DNA of 64,000 bases from Nitrospinales bacterium (GCA_046757665.1 JBHHYO010000001.1:1-64000), one strand, 5' to 3'. Shown: positions 27,514 through 38,016, numbered from the stretch's first letter. Numbers and translations are program-made. The notes: generated by a model not told the origin, from the letters alone.

Positions 27514-29064
27514 ATGAATATACAAGTACTCGATCGCGAAAAAAACAGCCTGACTTTTGCGGAAACCAACACGAACAAGCCTCTGGATATTCTTCTGATT
27601 TATCCGGGAACGAAAACCGACTTCCCGCGAACCCCTTTCAGTATCATGACTCTGGCCTCATGGATTAGAAAACATGGGTACAGTGTCAAGCTTATGGACG
27701 AAAGGGTGGAGGAGATCGACTGGGATTTGATTGGCGCCGCGAAGTTGATAGGAATCAGCTCAATGACGGGCCCGCAGTTGGCGGCGGCAGTTCCTTTGGC
27801 CAGGACAATAAAGGCCCGAGAGCCGGATACACCTCTTATCTGGGGCGGGCCCCATGTCTCTTTTTTTCCCGAGCAATCATGTCAATCCGATGTCGTTGAC
27901 TACGTTGTTGAAGCGGAGGGAGAACCGGTTATTATTGAGCTGATGAAAAAACTTCTTGCGGGAGAGGAACCCAAAAATGTTGCGGGAGTTACCTATAAAA
28001 ATCAGCAAGGGGAAATTATTTCATACCCGAAACCGCCGCAAATAGACCTGGATCTTTTGGATTTGCCTGCCTATGACATGATCGACATGAAAAAATATAA
28101 TGATCTCTCGAACGGCTTGAGCTATGAGTCCAGCAGAGGATGCCCCTACCCATGCAGGTTTTGCTATGTATATACGTTTCATGACCGCAAATTTCGCGGA
28201 AAATCTCCGCAAAAAGTGCTCGATGAAGTCAAATACTTGAAAAATAAATATGGAATAAAGAAGATTTATTTTACGGAAGATTATTTGTGGACTCAAAAGA
28301 AAAGAGCGCTGGAGCAGTTTCAATTATTTATCGACAATGATTTGAATATTACCTGGGAAGGGTTTTGCCGAGCCGATTTTCTTTCAAAGGTATCGGATGA
28401 AGAAATGGAAATTATCGCAAAGAGCGGCGCGGAAATTCTAACCCTTGGTTTGGAATCCGGGTCGGAAAGAATGCTAAAACATATTCAGAAGCATATCACC
28501 CTGGATCAGGCCAAGGCGGCCATCAAAAAATGCGTCAAACACAACATCATGACCACAAGCTCCTTCATTATTGGAATGCCCACGGAAACCGACGAGGATC
28601 TCGAAGATACTATTCGAATGTACAATACCCTTACCAGTTACTCTGACAATATAGAAATTAACGGGTTTTTCCTTTATGCGCCTTATCCCGGCGTTCCGTT
28701 ATATGACGAAGCCCTGGGAAATGGCTACAAGAAAATGAACTCTCTGGAGGAATGGTGCCAATGGAATTACAGTGATGCTTCCAACAACGTCTGGATAGAA
28801 AAAAAACGTCTGCACCGCTTGCAAACCCTGAGCATTTTGGTGCGCTTCAAGTATTTACTGCATCGGTTCAAATATTATTCCCAAAAATCGCCTCGGTATA
28901 AAGAAAAGAAACTGAACCGCCTGTCTTTGAGAATAGCTTTTAACCTTCTTGTTCCCTTCATAAGCCGGATTGCCGATTTTCGCTGGAAGCACCGGCTGTT
29001 TTCATGGGGGTATGAATGGAGGCTCTGGAGATGGTTTGTTGCCAAACGGTTTAATATCAACTAA
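27514..29064 (+). CDS. B12-binding radical SAM protein
   Basis: N-terminal B12-type domain (WGGPH, EGE), SSRGCPYPCRFC, GLESGS and FIIGMPTET. Confidence 0.9.
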   Translation: MNIQVLDREKNSLTFAETNTNKPLDILLIYPGTKTDFPRTPFSIMTLASWIRKHGYSVKLMDERVEEIDWDLIGAAKLIGISSMTGPQLAAAVPLARTIKAREPDTPLIWGGPHVSFFPEQSCQSDVVDYVVEAEGEPVIIELMKKLLAGEEPKNVAGVTYKNQQGEIISYPKPPQIDLDLLDLPAYDMIDMKKYNDLSNGLSYESSRGCPYPCRFCYVYTFHDRKFRGKSPQKVLDEVKYLKNKYGIKKIYFTEDYLWTQKKRALEQFQLFIDNDLNITWEGFCRADFLSKVSDEEMEIIAKSGAEILTLGLESGSERMLKHIQKHITLDQAKAAIKKCVKHNIMTTSSFIIGMPTETDEDLEDTIRMYNTLTSYSDNIEINGFFLYAPYPGVPLYDEALGNGYKKMNSLEEWCQWNYSDASNNVWIEKKRLHRLQTLSILVRFKYLLHRFKYYSQKSPRYKEKKLNRLSLRIAFNLLVPFISRIADFRWKHRLFSWGYEWRLWRWFVAKRFNIN

Positions 29065-29107
29065 AGTTATTTCTCAAACTCGTCAATCCAAAAAAGTTTC
29101 AAGCCTA

Positions 29108-30070
29108 GTGAACCTTCCGTTCGAGCCCATTCAAAAACCCTGCATTTTTATTACCTCGGGAGGCCGGACAGGCACTTTTTTCCTTTCAAAATTACTGGCG
29201 GTCGCCGTTCATGACTGCCATTCCGTTCAAGAACCCGATGTCCTTCGCGTGGATCAACCACTAATCAGTTTCAACGATAGGGAAAACTGGTATCAAAAAG
29301 CCCGGGATTTTGGTTTTTTCAGTATGGTTTTTGGAAAGTTTACTACCCTGGGCAGTGCCAGAGGGTTGTCTCTGGCCCGGCAAACAAATAAAATCGATGC
29401 CGTCTCTGCCGCCGCCAGGCTCCACCATCTTCGAAACCGTTACATTTGCCGGCTGGAAAAGTCCGTCTTTGCCGAATGTAATTTACAACTGGCAGGTTTG
29501 ATTGATATTATTCCACTGGTTTTTCCAAACTCAAAAACGGTCTTCATGATTCGTGATGGGCGTAACTGGGTTCGTTCCTGGCTCAACCTGTCCAACACCC
29601 CTTATGGCAAAAAGGATCCCCTTTATTACCTTCTTTCCGGCCGCCCCAAGGCTCAAATGATTCCCGATGATCCTTTTCGCAACCAATGGGAAAGATTTTC
29701 GCAATTTCAGCGGACCTGTTGGGCGTGGCGTTTCCACATCGAGTACGCGATAAAGTCGATCAAAGCAAATCCTCATGCAAAACTCGTAAAATATGAGGAC
29801 CTGTTCGAGGGCGCTCACCAAAAGGAATCCATAAACAATTTGTTAAAATATGTAACGGTTTTCCCAGATGGCTATCAAGCGGAATATCGATACAATGGAG
29901 AACTGTCAGGAAAAAAATTCCACGAATCCAGGCTCAACCAGCTTCCAAAGTGGGAAAACTGGTCCCCGGACCAGGTTAGGGAATTCCAGGAAGTTTGTGG
30001 CGATTTTTTGATTCAGCAAGGCTATGGGAAAGAACCTCAATGGCAGGAAATGACGGCCAAGGCTACATAG
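29108..30070 (+). CDS. Sulfotransferase-like protein
   Basis: FITSGGRTGTFFL (5'-PSB loop), IRDGRNWVRS (3'-PB) and VKYEDL. GTG 29108 start inferred. Confidence 0.75.
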   Translation: MNLPFEPIQKPCIFITSGGRTGTFFLSKLLAVAVHDCHSVQEPDVLRVDQPLISFNDRENWYQKARDFGFFSMVFGKFTTLGSARGLSLARQTNKIDAVSAAARLHHLRNRYICRLEKSVFAECNLQLAGLIDIIPLVFPNSKTVFMIRDGRNWVRSWLNLSNTPYGKKDPLYYLLSGRPKAQMIPDDPFRNQWERFSQFQRTCWAWRFHIEYAIKSIKANPHAKLVKYEDLFEGAHQKESINNLLKYVTVFPDGYQAEYRYNGELSGKKFHESRLNQLPKWENWSPDQVREFQEVCGDFLIQQGYGKEPQWQEMTAKAT

Positions 30071-30103
30071 GAGCTTGCAACCGGTCTCGTTGCGCGAAAA
30101 AGA

Positions 30104-30682
30104 GTGAGCAATTATCTTTCCATGAAATTCCGGTATAATGAATGGCTCAGGGAATTTTTTTATCTGTTCAAGCCGTTCTTTGACGATAACATCAATGCCT
30201 CTTACACGCTTTTCAATCTTTTTCTTTTGATCCCTTTTTTGAGAATTTGGATTTTTCGCCTTAAAGTCAGCCGCACGGGGAAAAACTTGAAATTGAAATA
30301 TCCCGTTTATGTGCAAAACGGCAGAAATATTTCATTAGGAGACAACGCCACCTTCGGTAGCGGTTGCCATATCCAGGCGGGTAGGAAAAGCGTCATCAAA
30401 ATAGGAAACAACCTGACTTGCGGACCGGGGGCTATGATTTTTGCGGCAAGCCATGGCTCCAGGAAAGGCGAATTGATCAAGTACCAGGATTTGGTGGAAA
30501 AAGATATTGTCATGGGAGACGATGTGTTTTTGGGGGCGGGTTCGGTGGTTTTGGAAGGCACCACCCTGGCCGACGGCACCCTTGTGGGAGCGAACTCCGT
30601 TGTGGGCCCCAATTTCAAAAACGAGCCTTTTGAAATTCTTCAGGGCGTTCCCGCAAAACTTAAGAGAAAGAGAAAGGCCTGA
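30104..30682 (+). CDS. Hexapeptide-repeat acyltransferase
   Basis: Beta-helix repeats; MGDDVFLGAGSVV...GANSVV...GVPAK. Confidence 0.85.
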   Translation: MSNYLSMKFRYNEWLREFFYLFKPFFDDNINASYTLFNLFLLIPFLRIWIFRLKVSRTGKNLKLKYPVYVQNGRNISLGDNATFGSGCHIQAGRKSVIKIGNNLTCGPGAMIFAASHGSRKGELIKYQDLVEKDIVMGDDVFLGAGSVVLEGTTLADGTLVGANSVVGPNFKNEPFEILQGVPAKLKRKRKA

Positions 30683-30784
30683 TTCCCTGGTTTTCCTGCG
30701 GGCACCCTATTCCACTGGGGACAACAAGCCACCGCGAAATCGAATGACCTCGGTCAACCTCTACAGAAATAGTCTGTTTCCGTA

Positions 30785-31330
30785 ATGCAAAAAAAAGCGA
30801 TTGTATTGTGGTTCACGGGGATGTCGGGGGCGGGCAAATCGACCATTGCCGAACTGGCGGCTGAACGATTAAAATCCGAAGGGTTTAAAGCATCCGTCAT
30901 AGACGGCGATCAGGTTCGCAAAAATCTTCATAAGCACCTTTCGTTTTCCAGGGAAGATATTCTGGAAAATAATCGGTTGATCGCCCAATTATGCGCGCAA
31001 CATCTTTCAGGTTTTGATGTTATTCTGGTCCCCATCATATCTCCCTACGCTCTGGGCAGGCGACGGGCGCGGGAAATCATCGGCGATACCTTTTTCGAAG
31101 TTTACATCAAAGCCTCGTTGGAGGAGCTTATCAAGAGAGATACAAAAGGTCTGTATCAAAAAAGTATGGAAGGAAAAATGGACGACTTAATCGGGTTTTC
31201 TCCGAAAAGCCCCTATGAAGAACCCCAGTCCCCCGACCTCTCAATCAATACCGATCGGGAAAATCCTCAAAACAATGTCGAAAAATTGATGGAATCCGTG
31301 CGCCGGTGGATGAAGCGCCCCACACACTGA
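30785..31330 (+). CDS. cysC: Adenylyl-sulfate (APS) kinase
   Basis: LWFTGMSGAGKST, DGDQVR, FSREDILENN, RDTKGLY and PYEEP. Confidence 0.93.
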   Translation: MQKKAIVLWFTGMSGAGKSTIAELAAERLKSEGFKASVIDGDQVRKNLHKHLSFSREDILENNRLIAQLCAQHLSGFDVILVPIISPYALGRRRAREIIGDTFFEVYIKASLEELIKRDTKGLYQKSMEGKMDDLIGFSPKSPYEEPQSPDLSINTDRENPQNNVEKLMESVRRWMKRPTH

Positions 31331-31398
31331 CGATACCGTCGAAATGAACGGAAAATCTTTCCCCAAAGGCTTCTCACTCAATTCCTGGAACTAATTTC

Positions 31399-33582
31399 AT
31401 GAGCAAAGAAATTCTGTGCACCCTGGGGCCGGCCTCATTGAAGAAAACCGTATTGCAACGGATGAACGATCTGCCGGTCACCTTGTTTCGAATTAACCTT
31501 TCCCACACCTCGCTCGACGACCTCAGCGAAAATATCCGGCTGATTCAAAGCATAAGCGACAAGCCCCTCTGTATCGACACCGAGGGGCCTCAGATAAGGA
31601 CGGGGAAGGTGGCCGAGGGGCGGGTCTTGCTCCAGGAGGGGAGCTTTTTAACGATTCATCGAGAAAGCGTCCCGGGGAATGCCCAGGAAGTAGCTTTCTA
31701 TCCCGCGGTAGCCATCGACCAGATTCAACGGTTCGATTTCATTTCCATAGACACGCACGGTGTCATGGTCCAGGTTGTAGAAAAGAAAGACGGTCGGTTG
31801 CGCGCAAAAGTAATCACGGAGGGTTTTATAGGGAGCAACAAAGCCGTTACGGTGGCGAACCGTTCGGTGATTTTGAATTCGCTGACGCAAAAAGATGAAA
31901 AAGCCATCCAAATCGCCGGTCATTTCGGTATCAGGCATTTCGCCCTCTCATTTGCGAGTCGCCGGGAAGATGTCCTTGAATTGCGGCGGTTGACGGGGAA
32001 AAACAGCACGCTCATTGCAAAAATAGAGAACCGCTCCGGCGTCGATCATGTCGAATCCATCGCCAGGGAATCCGACGCCATTCTCATCGACAGGGGGGAC
32101 CTCTCCCGCGAGGAACCCATCGAGGCCATTCCGCTTCTTCAAAAACACATCATCCAGGCGGCAAAAAAAGTGGGGACAAAGGTTTACGTGGCGACCAACC
32201 TTCTGGAATCCATGGTAACCCAGGCAAAACCCACCCGCGCCGAGGTAAACGATGTCTTCAACACTTTAATTGACGGTGCGGATGGCCTTGTCCTGGCGGC
32301 GGAGACCGCTATTGGAAGTAATCCCGTGGGATGCGTGAACATGATTTCCAAGCTGATTCACCAGTATGACAATTACTCCAAATTCGGCATTCAAACGATC
32401 AAATATGACAAACGGTCTCTGTTGATTGAACCTCACGGAGGTTCCCTGATTAACCGGTTTTTAGAAAATCCCGATATCGATGAAATCGGCAGGCTTCCCT
32501 GTTTGACGGTGGACGAAAAAATCGTTTTGGATTGTGAACAGATCGCCTTTGGCGTGTATTCTCCTTTACAGGGTTTTATGAACCGGGAGGAGGTTGAAAA
32601 TGTTTTGGATCATTATCATCTGCCCAGCGGCGATGTCTGGACTTTACCCATCGTTTTTCAAATTCCAAAAGAACGGGCGGCAAAACTTAAGCCGGGCGAC
32701 ACGGTGGCCCTGTTTAACGAAACTTTGAACGAGCGGTTTGCCCTTCTGCACCTGGAAGAAATATTTTCGCTGGATTTGGATTCCCTCGCCAAGCGGATGT
32801 TCGGCACGGATTCATCCGACCATCCGGGAGTGGATCAGGTAAAAAATGCGGGGAATACGTTTCTCGGCGGCAAAATCGACTTGATCAAGGTCCCGGAAAA
32901 ACCGTCTCAAACGACGCCTTACATTTTAAGGCCGGCGGATACACGCATGATTTTTGAACAAAAAAACTGGTTTCGGATCGTTGGTTTCCACACCCGGAAC
33001 GTCATCCACCGGGGGCATGAATTTATTCAAATGAAAGCCCTCAACGATCACTATTGCGACGGTTTGTTTATCAGCCCCGTTATCGGCCCCAAGAAGAAAA
33101 ACGACTTCCAAAGCGAAGTCGTGCTCCACGCTTATCAGACCATGGTGGATTGCAATCTGTATCCCAAAAACAAAGTTCTGATAGGCGCCTTCCTGACTTA
33201 TCCGCGCTATGCCGGCCCTCGGGAAGCGGTGTTTACGGCCCTTTGTCGAAAAAATTTCGGATGTTCTCATTTTATCATTGGGCGTGACCATGCCGGCGTC
33301 AAAGACTTTTATCATGCTACGGCATCCGCTCGTTTCTTCGATGATCTGGGAGATATCGGCATCGAACCGGTTTTTTTCGATGAGGTTGTCTATTGCCGCC
33401 AATGCAAGACGCATCGGTTGTCTTGCAACCATTCGGAGACGGATGTCCAGCGCATCAGTGGTTCCCAGGTCAGGCAAACCTTTTGTGAAGGCAAGAGCTT
33501 TCCCTCCTGGTTGTTGCGTGAGGAAATATCGGAGATTTTGAGCAAGGCAAGGAAGACCGGCAAACAAATCTTTGTAACGTAA
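31399..33582 (+). CDS. Pyruvate kinase-sulfate adenylyltransferase fusion protein
   Basis: About aa 1-325 is pyruvate kinase (CTLGPAS, RINLSH, AKIEN, RGDL, ATNLLESM, PTRAEV). About aa 340-727 is Sat (PHGG, FHTRNVIHRGH, YAGPREA, GRDHAG). Confidence 0.88.
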   Translation: MSKEILCTLGPASLKKTVLQRMNDLPVTLFRINLSHTSLDDLSENIRLIQSISDKPLCIDTEGPQIRTGKVAEGRVLLQEGSFLTIHRESVPGNAQEVAFYPAVAIDQIQRFDFISIDTHGVMVQVVEKKDGRLRAKVITEGFIGSNKAVTVANRSVILNSLTQKDEKAIQIAGHFGIRHFALSFASRREDVLELRRLTGKNSTLIAKIENRSGVDHVESIARESDAILIDRGDLSREEPIEAIPLLQKHIIQAAKKVGTKVYVATNLLESMVTQAKPTRAEVNDVFNTLIDGADGLVLAAETAIGSNPVGCVNMISKLIHQYDNYSKFGIQTIKYDKRSLLIEPHGGSLINRFLENPDIDEIGRLPCLTVDEKIVLDCEQIAFGVYSPLQGFMNREEVENVLDHYHLPSGDVWTLPIVFQIPKERAAKLKPGDTVALFNETLNERFALLHLEEIFSLDLDSLAKRMFGTDSSDHPGVDQVKNAGNTFLGGKIDLIKVPEKPSQTTPYILRPADTRMIFEQKNWFRIVGFHTRNVIHRGHEFIQMKALNDHYCDGLFISPVIGPKKKNDFQSEVVLHAYQTMVDCNLYPKNKVLIGAFLTYPRYAGPREAVFTALCRKNFGCSHFIIGRDHAGVKDFYHATASARFFDDLGDIGIEPVFFDEVVYCRQCKTHRLSCNHSETDVQRISGSQVRQTFCEGKSFPSWLLREEISEILSKARKTGKQIFVT

Positions 33583-33583
33583 T

Positions 33584-35593
33584 ATGATCGTCCCCGGCTT
33601 GTTTCTCACGGTTGTCATTGGTTATTTGCTGGTGGTTTCGTTAAATCCCTCCTCAGGCGCCGGTGAGCGTCTCAGCCTGTCGGCGCCTTTCGGCCTGGGG
33701 TGTACCACCCTGGTTATTTGGGTTCTGCTTGCGCTTCACCTTCCCCTTTCGCCAACCTCGCTGATGACTGCCCAGATGTCCCTTGCCGCCGGCCTGCTGT
33801 ACCTCGCCTGCCGAACGAAAACCATAGCTCTGTCATCGAGCCGTCCGGTCTTTCCCAAGGTTAATGCGGGTTTGATTCTCATTCTCTTGCTGGTGGGAGC
33901 CGGACTGGTGTTCAATATTTTTTTTCCTATAACCGTGTCCGACGGCATTGGCTATAAAATCCATGGGATCGTTGCGGTGGACAAAAAAAATCTCATGGCT
34001 TTTGAGGACGTCTTGCATATTGGCGACCAAAACAGAACGCTGGGGTTTCAATTAATCTCGGGATTTTTTTATTTGTTTGATTTTGATTACCCCAAGCTGG
34101 TCCAGTCCGTATTCTACGCAAGTATGTTGGGATTCTTTTATGTCTCGATTCGCAAATTCATGGACTCCGGCCCGGCGAGGGGTATGACCCTGCTATTGGC
34201 GACCGCTCCCATGGTTTGGTGGCAATCCTTTTTGTATCTGAACAATCTTTCGTCGGGGGTTTATTTTTTGTGCGGAACTTTATACTGGTTTTTCGCCATT
34301 CATTACAAACAACCGCGCTACATGTTGATTGCATCGTTTGCATTCATGCTTGCCGCCTGGACGAGGTATGAACTCATCGTAATGTATATGATCCCGCTGG
34401 CGTTCACCTTTTTCCTGTCCGCAAAAAACAGGCAGGCCAGGCCTGCTTTATTGCTTTTGATTTTTCCCCTGATTTTTTCGGGCGCATGGGCCGCCCATAG
34501 TTTCGCTTACTACCCTGAAATGAAGCGCTCCGCCCACTATTTTTATATTTTTTTATTTCTGCTTTCGAGCGGCATTATTTTCGGCGTTATTCATGCGTTG
34601 CAGATCAGGCTTCGGCTCGTTATGGGAGCCATAGTTGCCGTTATCGCGTCAGCCGCCGTCTTCGTGATTTTTAATGAGCTTTTTCAGGATAAAATTGTGC
34701 TGTTGCAACGTGTGCTACTGGCCAAACTTCTCAACAATACGATGGTTCAGTGCGTTTGGGGGTTGGGGATTTTGCTGGTATTGCTTGTTCCCGTCTATTA
34801 CAGAGGGTTTCAGCCGGCCCAAAAATACCTGTTGTTCAATTTAATTTCTTTATTCATGGGCTTCACCCTTCTCTTTTCGTTAGTTACCATGGGACACCCC
34901 ATGCTGGACGAACCCGTCGTTGAAAGAATAAAGTTCTTCCTCGAGTTTCCGGGCAGGATTGCGGTGAGAACGTCCAGCCGGGAGTTTTTTATATTATTTC
35001 CTTCCCTGCTGTTCATGTTGGGGACGACGATTTATCAGAGCAATCTGACCTCAAAAGTTGCCCTGTCTTTTAAAAAGTCCTTGTTCAAAAACAGTTTGTT
35101 TAGCGGTCTCAATTGTTTGGTCGTGGGGAATTTGCTTCTGATCTCCGTAGTTTTTCTGATTCCAAGGGCCGTTTTTATGAAAAACCATTTTGGAGAATCT
35201 CATTCCGAGTTGGAGAGAACCGGCGGCCCAAGAGATATTCCCAACCTTTATCAGCCAACATACATTATTGCTCATGCCGTTTCCCGGCATACTCCAGAGG
35301 ACTCCGTTGTTCTTTTCCCCTTTCCCTATGGAGCGCTGACCTTTAAAAAAGAGCCCTATAATTCTCTTGGTTTGTTTGCCGGCGCTGACGCCCTGTATCC
35401 CCGGGTCCTGTTTTGGGGAAAAGCGGAGCTTGACAAAATCAGGAAATCATTTCCAAATAAGCGAATTTACCGAGTGACCTATCCGGGCTGGTTGGACAAT
35501 CAATGCAAAAACCATCCCGATGGAAAATCCCTGGAGTACCATGAATGGTATCTTTGCCCCATTGACGGGCGCAATCTACGCCCTGAGGGATAA
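33584..35593 (+). CDS. Polytopic membrane protein, possible GT-C glycosyltransferase
   Basis: Many TM segments, FPITVSDG loop, AAWTRYE and a soluble C-terminal tail. Confidence 0.55.
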   Translation: MIVPGLFLTVVIGYLLVVSLNPSSGAGERLSLSAPFGLGCTTLVIWVLLALHLPLSPTSLMTAQMSLAAGLLYLACRTKTIALSSSRPVFPKVNAGLILILLLVGAGLVFNIFFPITVSDGIGYKIHGIVAVDKKNLMAFEDVLHIGDQNRTLGFQLISGFFYLFDFDYPKLVQSVFYASMLGFFYVSIRKFMDSGPARGMTLLLATAPMVWWQSFLYLNNLSSGVYFLCGTLYWFFAIHYKQPRYMLIASFAFMLAAWTRYELIVMYMIPLAFTFFLSAKNRQARPALLLLIFPLIFSGAWAAHSFAYYPEMKRSAHYFYIFLFLLSSGIIFGVIHALQIRLRLVMGAIVAVIASAAVFVIFNELFQDKIVLLQRVLLAKLLNNTMVQCVWGLGILLVLLVPVYYRGFQPAQKYLLFNLISLFMGFTLLFSLVTMGHPMLDEPVVERIKFFLEFPGRIAVRTSSREFFILFPSLLFMLGTTIYQSNLTSKVALSFKKSLFKNSLFSGLNCLVVGNLLLISVVFLIPRAVFMKNHFGESHSELERTGGPRDIPNLYQPTYIIAHAVSRHTPEDSVVLFPFPYGALTFKKEPYNSLGLFAGADALYPRVLFWGKAELDKIRKSFPNKRIYRVTYPGWLDNQCKNHPDGKSLEYHEWYLCPIDGRNLRPEG

Positions 35594-35643
35594 CTCAAAC
35601 CCCTCCTCAAGCTTTCGCATTTCGACAGGGTATAAAAAGATTT

Positions 35644-36666
35644 TTAGACGGAAGGATGGGCGGGAGCTTTAAATGCTTCTTTTGCCTCGCGGTAAAGCTG
35701 TTCCCGGCGGTGCGTGTGTTTCGCCGAAAAATGGAAGACCGTCAGGTTTTTTACCGCGGCCATTTTCGCCAGCGTGCCGGCTTGTTTCGAGGTTAAATGG
35801 CACCGCTCCCGGCCACGCTCCTCTTCCTCGGCGAGGAAGGGCGACTCGCAAAAAAACCGGTCCGCGCCGCGAACCAGCTCCACGATTCTTGCGCTGTTCT
35901 CTTTATTGAATACCGTGTCCGTGACATAACCGATCTTTTGCCCGGGAGAAATGAGGACCAAATCCTCCCGCAACTCTCCCAGGGCATATTGCCGGTTCAC
36001 CACTTTCCCGTTGGCGCTTACCGGCACGGACACCAATTCTTCATCCGGCCGCTTTTGGTGGATCATTTGTTTCAGCTCGTTCAACCAGGAGCCGGGAACG
36101 AAGTCCCGGGCATCCAGACGTTCTTTCCGGACATTGACGTGGAACTTCTCGGTCAACGTAAAACCCAGACAAGGCACGCGGTGTTCCAGAATAGCCGCAT
36201 GAACGGCAAACGAAGGCTCGTCCCATAACAGACCCTTCACAAAAGGCTCCCGGCACTCACCGGTTTTTTCAAACCGGTCGACAGCCCGAAACGTTGCCCG
36301 CAACAACTCCTCCTGCCTCACCTCCACCACCTGTAGCGTGATCGACTCCGCATAGCGGTCTACCAGGTTCCAGGTGAATCCCGCCAGTTTCCCCTGCACG
36401 TTGGCGATGAAATTCTCAGGGCCGTATAAACAGATCGTTTTGTTTCGGCCAAAACACACCCGAAGCAACTGGTCGAATCCGATGAAATGGTCGATATGAG
36501 TATGACTGACAAAAACGTGCGTCACATTCAGCAGGGTTTTGTTGGTGATGCGCGACAAATTTCCCAGGTCGAACAACAGGACGCGGCTCTCGTACAAAAA
36601 CTGCACCAGAAGCCCCGGGTCGCCGAACGGATCGTTAACCAGTTTTGGATGAAAAATCGGTTTCAT
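35644..36666 (-). CDS. Ribonuclease Z-like MBL-fold hydrolase
   Basis: PKLVNDPFGDPG, SHTHIDHFIG (HxHxDH), YVTDT, HLT and FHFS. Confidence 0.85.
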   Translation of the reverse strand: MKPIFHPKLVNDPFGDPGLLVQFLYESRVLLFDLGNLSRITNKTLLNVTHVFVSHTHIDHFIGFDQLLRVCFGRNKTICLYGPENFIANVQGKLAGFTWNLVDRYAESITLQVVEVRQEELLRATFRAVDRFEKTGECREPFVKGLLWDEPSFAVHAAILEHRVPCLGFTLTEKFHVNVRKERLDARDFVPGSWLNELKQMIHQKRPDEELVSVPVSANGKVVNRQYALGELREDLVLISPGQKIGYVTDTVFNKENSARIVELVRGADRFFCESPFLAEEEERGRERCHLTSKQAGTLAKMAAVKNLTVFHFSAKHTHRREQLYREAKEAFKAPAHPSV

Positions 36667-36719
36667 AGTCAGTTGACAGTTGGCGGTTGCCAGTTGACGG
36701 TTGTCAACCGCCAACTGCC
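36667..36719. repeat. Heptamer (RGTTGNC) tandem and inverted repeat
   Basis: AGTTGAC AGTTGGC GGTTGCC AGTTGAC GGTTGTC followed by the reverse-type AACCGCC AACTGCC. Confidence 0.7.
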
Positions 36720-37805
36720 TTCAACAAATACGCTTCTATAAATTGGTCCAGGTCGCCGTCCAGGACGGCATCGACGTTGCCGGTTTCCACCTGGGTTCGC
36801 AAATCCTTCACCATGCGGTAGGGATGCAGGACATAAGAACGAATCTGGCTTCCCCATTCGATCTTTTTTTTGTCCTTTTCGAGGCCCTTTATCTCCTCCC
36901 TTTGCTTTTCCTGTTCCAGCTCATACAGCCGGGCTTTCAGGACTTTCAAACAAGACGCCTTGTTTTTGTGTTGCGAGCGCTCGTTCTGGCACTGAACCAC
37001 GATACCGGAGGGGACGTGCGTCATGCGGACGGCGGAGTCGGTCGTATTGACTCCCTGGCCTCCCGGCCCGGACGCCCGGAACACATCGATTTTGAGATCG
37101 GCCTCGAGGATGTCCACCTCGACGTCCTCATCAATTTCCGGATAAACAAACACCGACGCAAAGGAAGTGTGGCGGCGCTTGTTGGCGTCGAAGGGGGAAA
37201 TCCGCACCAGCCGGTGAACGCCGATCTCCGCTTTCAAATAACCGTAGGCATAGTCGCCGGTAAACAGAAGCGTGGCGCTTTTGATCCCGGCTTCCTCGCC
37301 GTATTGCCTGTCCAGAATTTCGGATTTGAACCCGTGCCGCTCGCCCCAGCGGAAATACATGCGCATCAGCATCAAGGCCCAGTCTTGCGACTCGGTGCCG
37401 CCGGCGCCGGAGTTGATCGCCAGAATGGCATTGTTGAAATCGTTGTCGCCGGAGAGCATGGCCTTGAATTCCGCCTCCGCCAGGTTATGCTCGAGAGCGG
37501 TCAGCGAAGATTGTATTTCGGAAATCAGGGACTCCTCGTTTTCCTCCTCGCAGAGGGAGATCATCGCTCCGGCATCCTCGCATTCCTGATGCAGGGACTT
37601 CCAAAGGTTGACGGGGCGTTGGCAGACGGATCGTTGTTGAAGGGTCTTTTTTGCCGCGATGTTATCGTTCCAGAAATCCGGCCGGGAAACCTCCCGGTCC
37701 AAAATCTCCAGCTCTTTCAGCTTGTCGGCAACGTCAAAGATAGCCTCGCAGCCGCTCCACCCGCCGGCTCACATCCTGATATTTTTTCTTCAATTCTTCC
37801 AGCAT
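36704..37805 (-). CDS. prfB: Peptide chain release factor 2 with programmed +1 frameshift
   Basis: ATG 37805 with AAGGAG SD; MLEELKK...RGYL then CTT-TGA-C at 37739-37733. The +1 frame carries SPF and GGQ. Confidence 0.96.
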
Positions 37806-38016
37806 AACGCTCCTTATCGGATAATGGGGAATAGATTCATCGACTCATTGTCTTTAATCCGGGCGCGAATTGCAAGCGGTCAAATCAGGACTTTCGGGCA
37901 GATGGCCATTCCCCGGCTGGGTTAAAATTTATTTGGATTCATCCGAAAATCGTTTAGAATGAACTGTTGAATATAGCAACGGCCGCAATAGACCTGCCGC
38001 ATCGCCCTGGAGCCAG

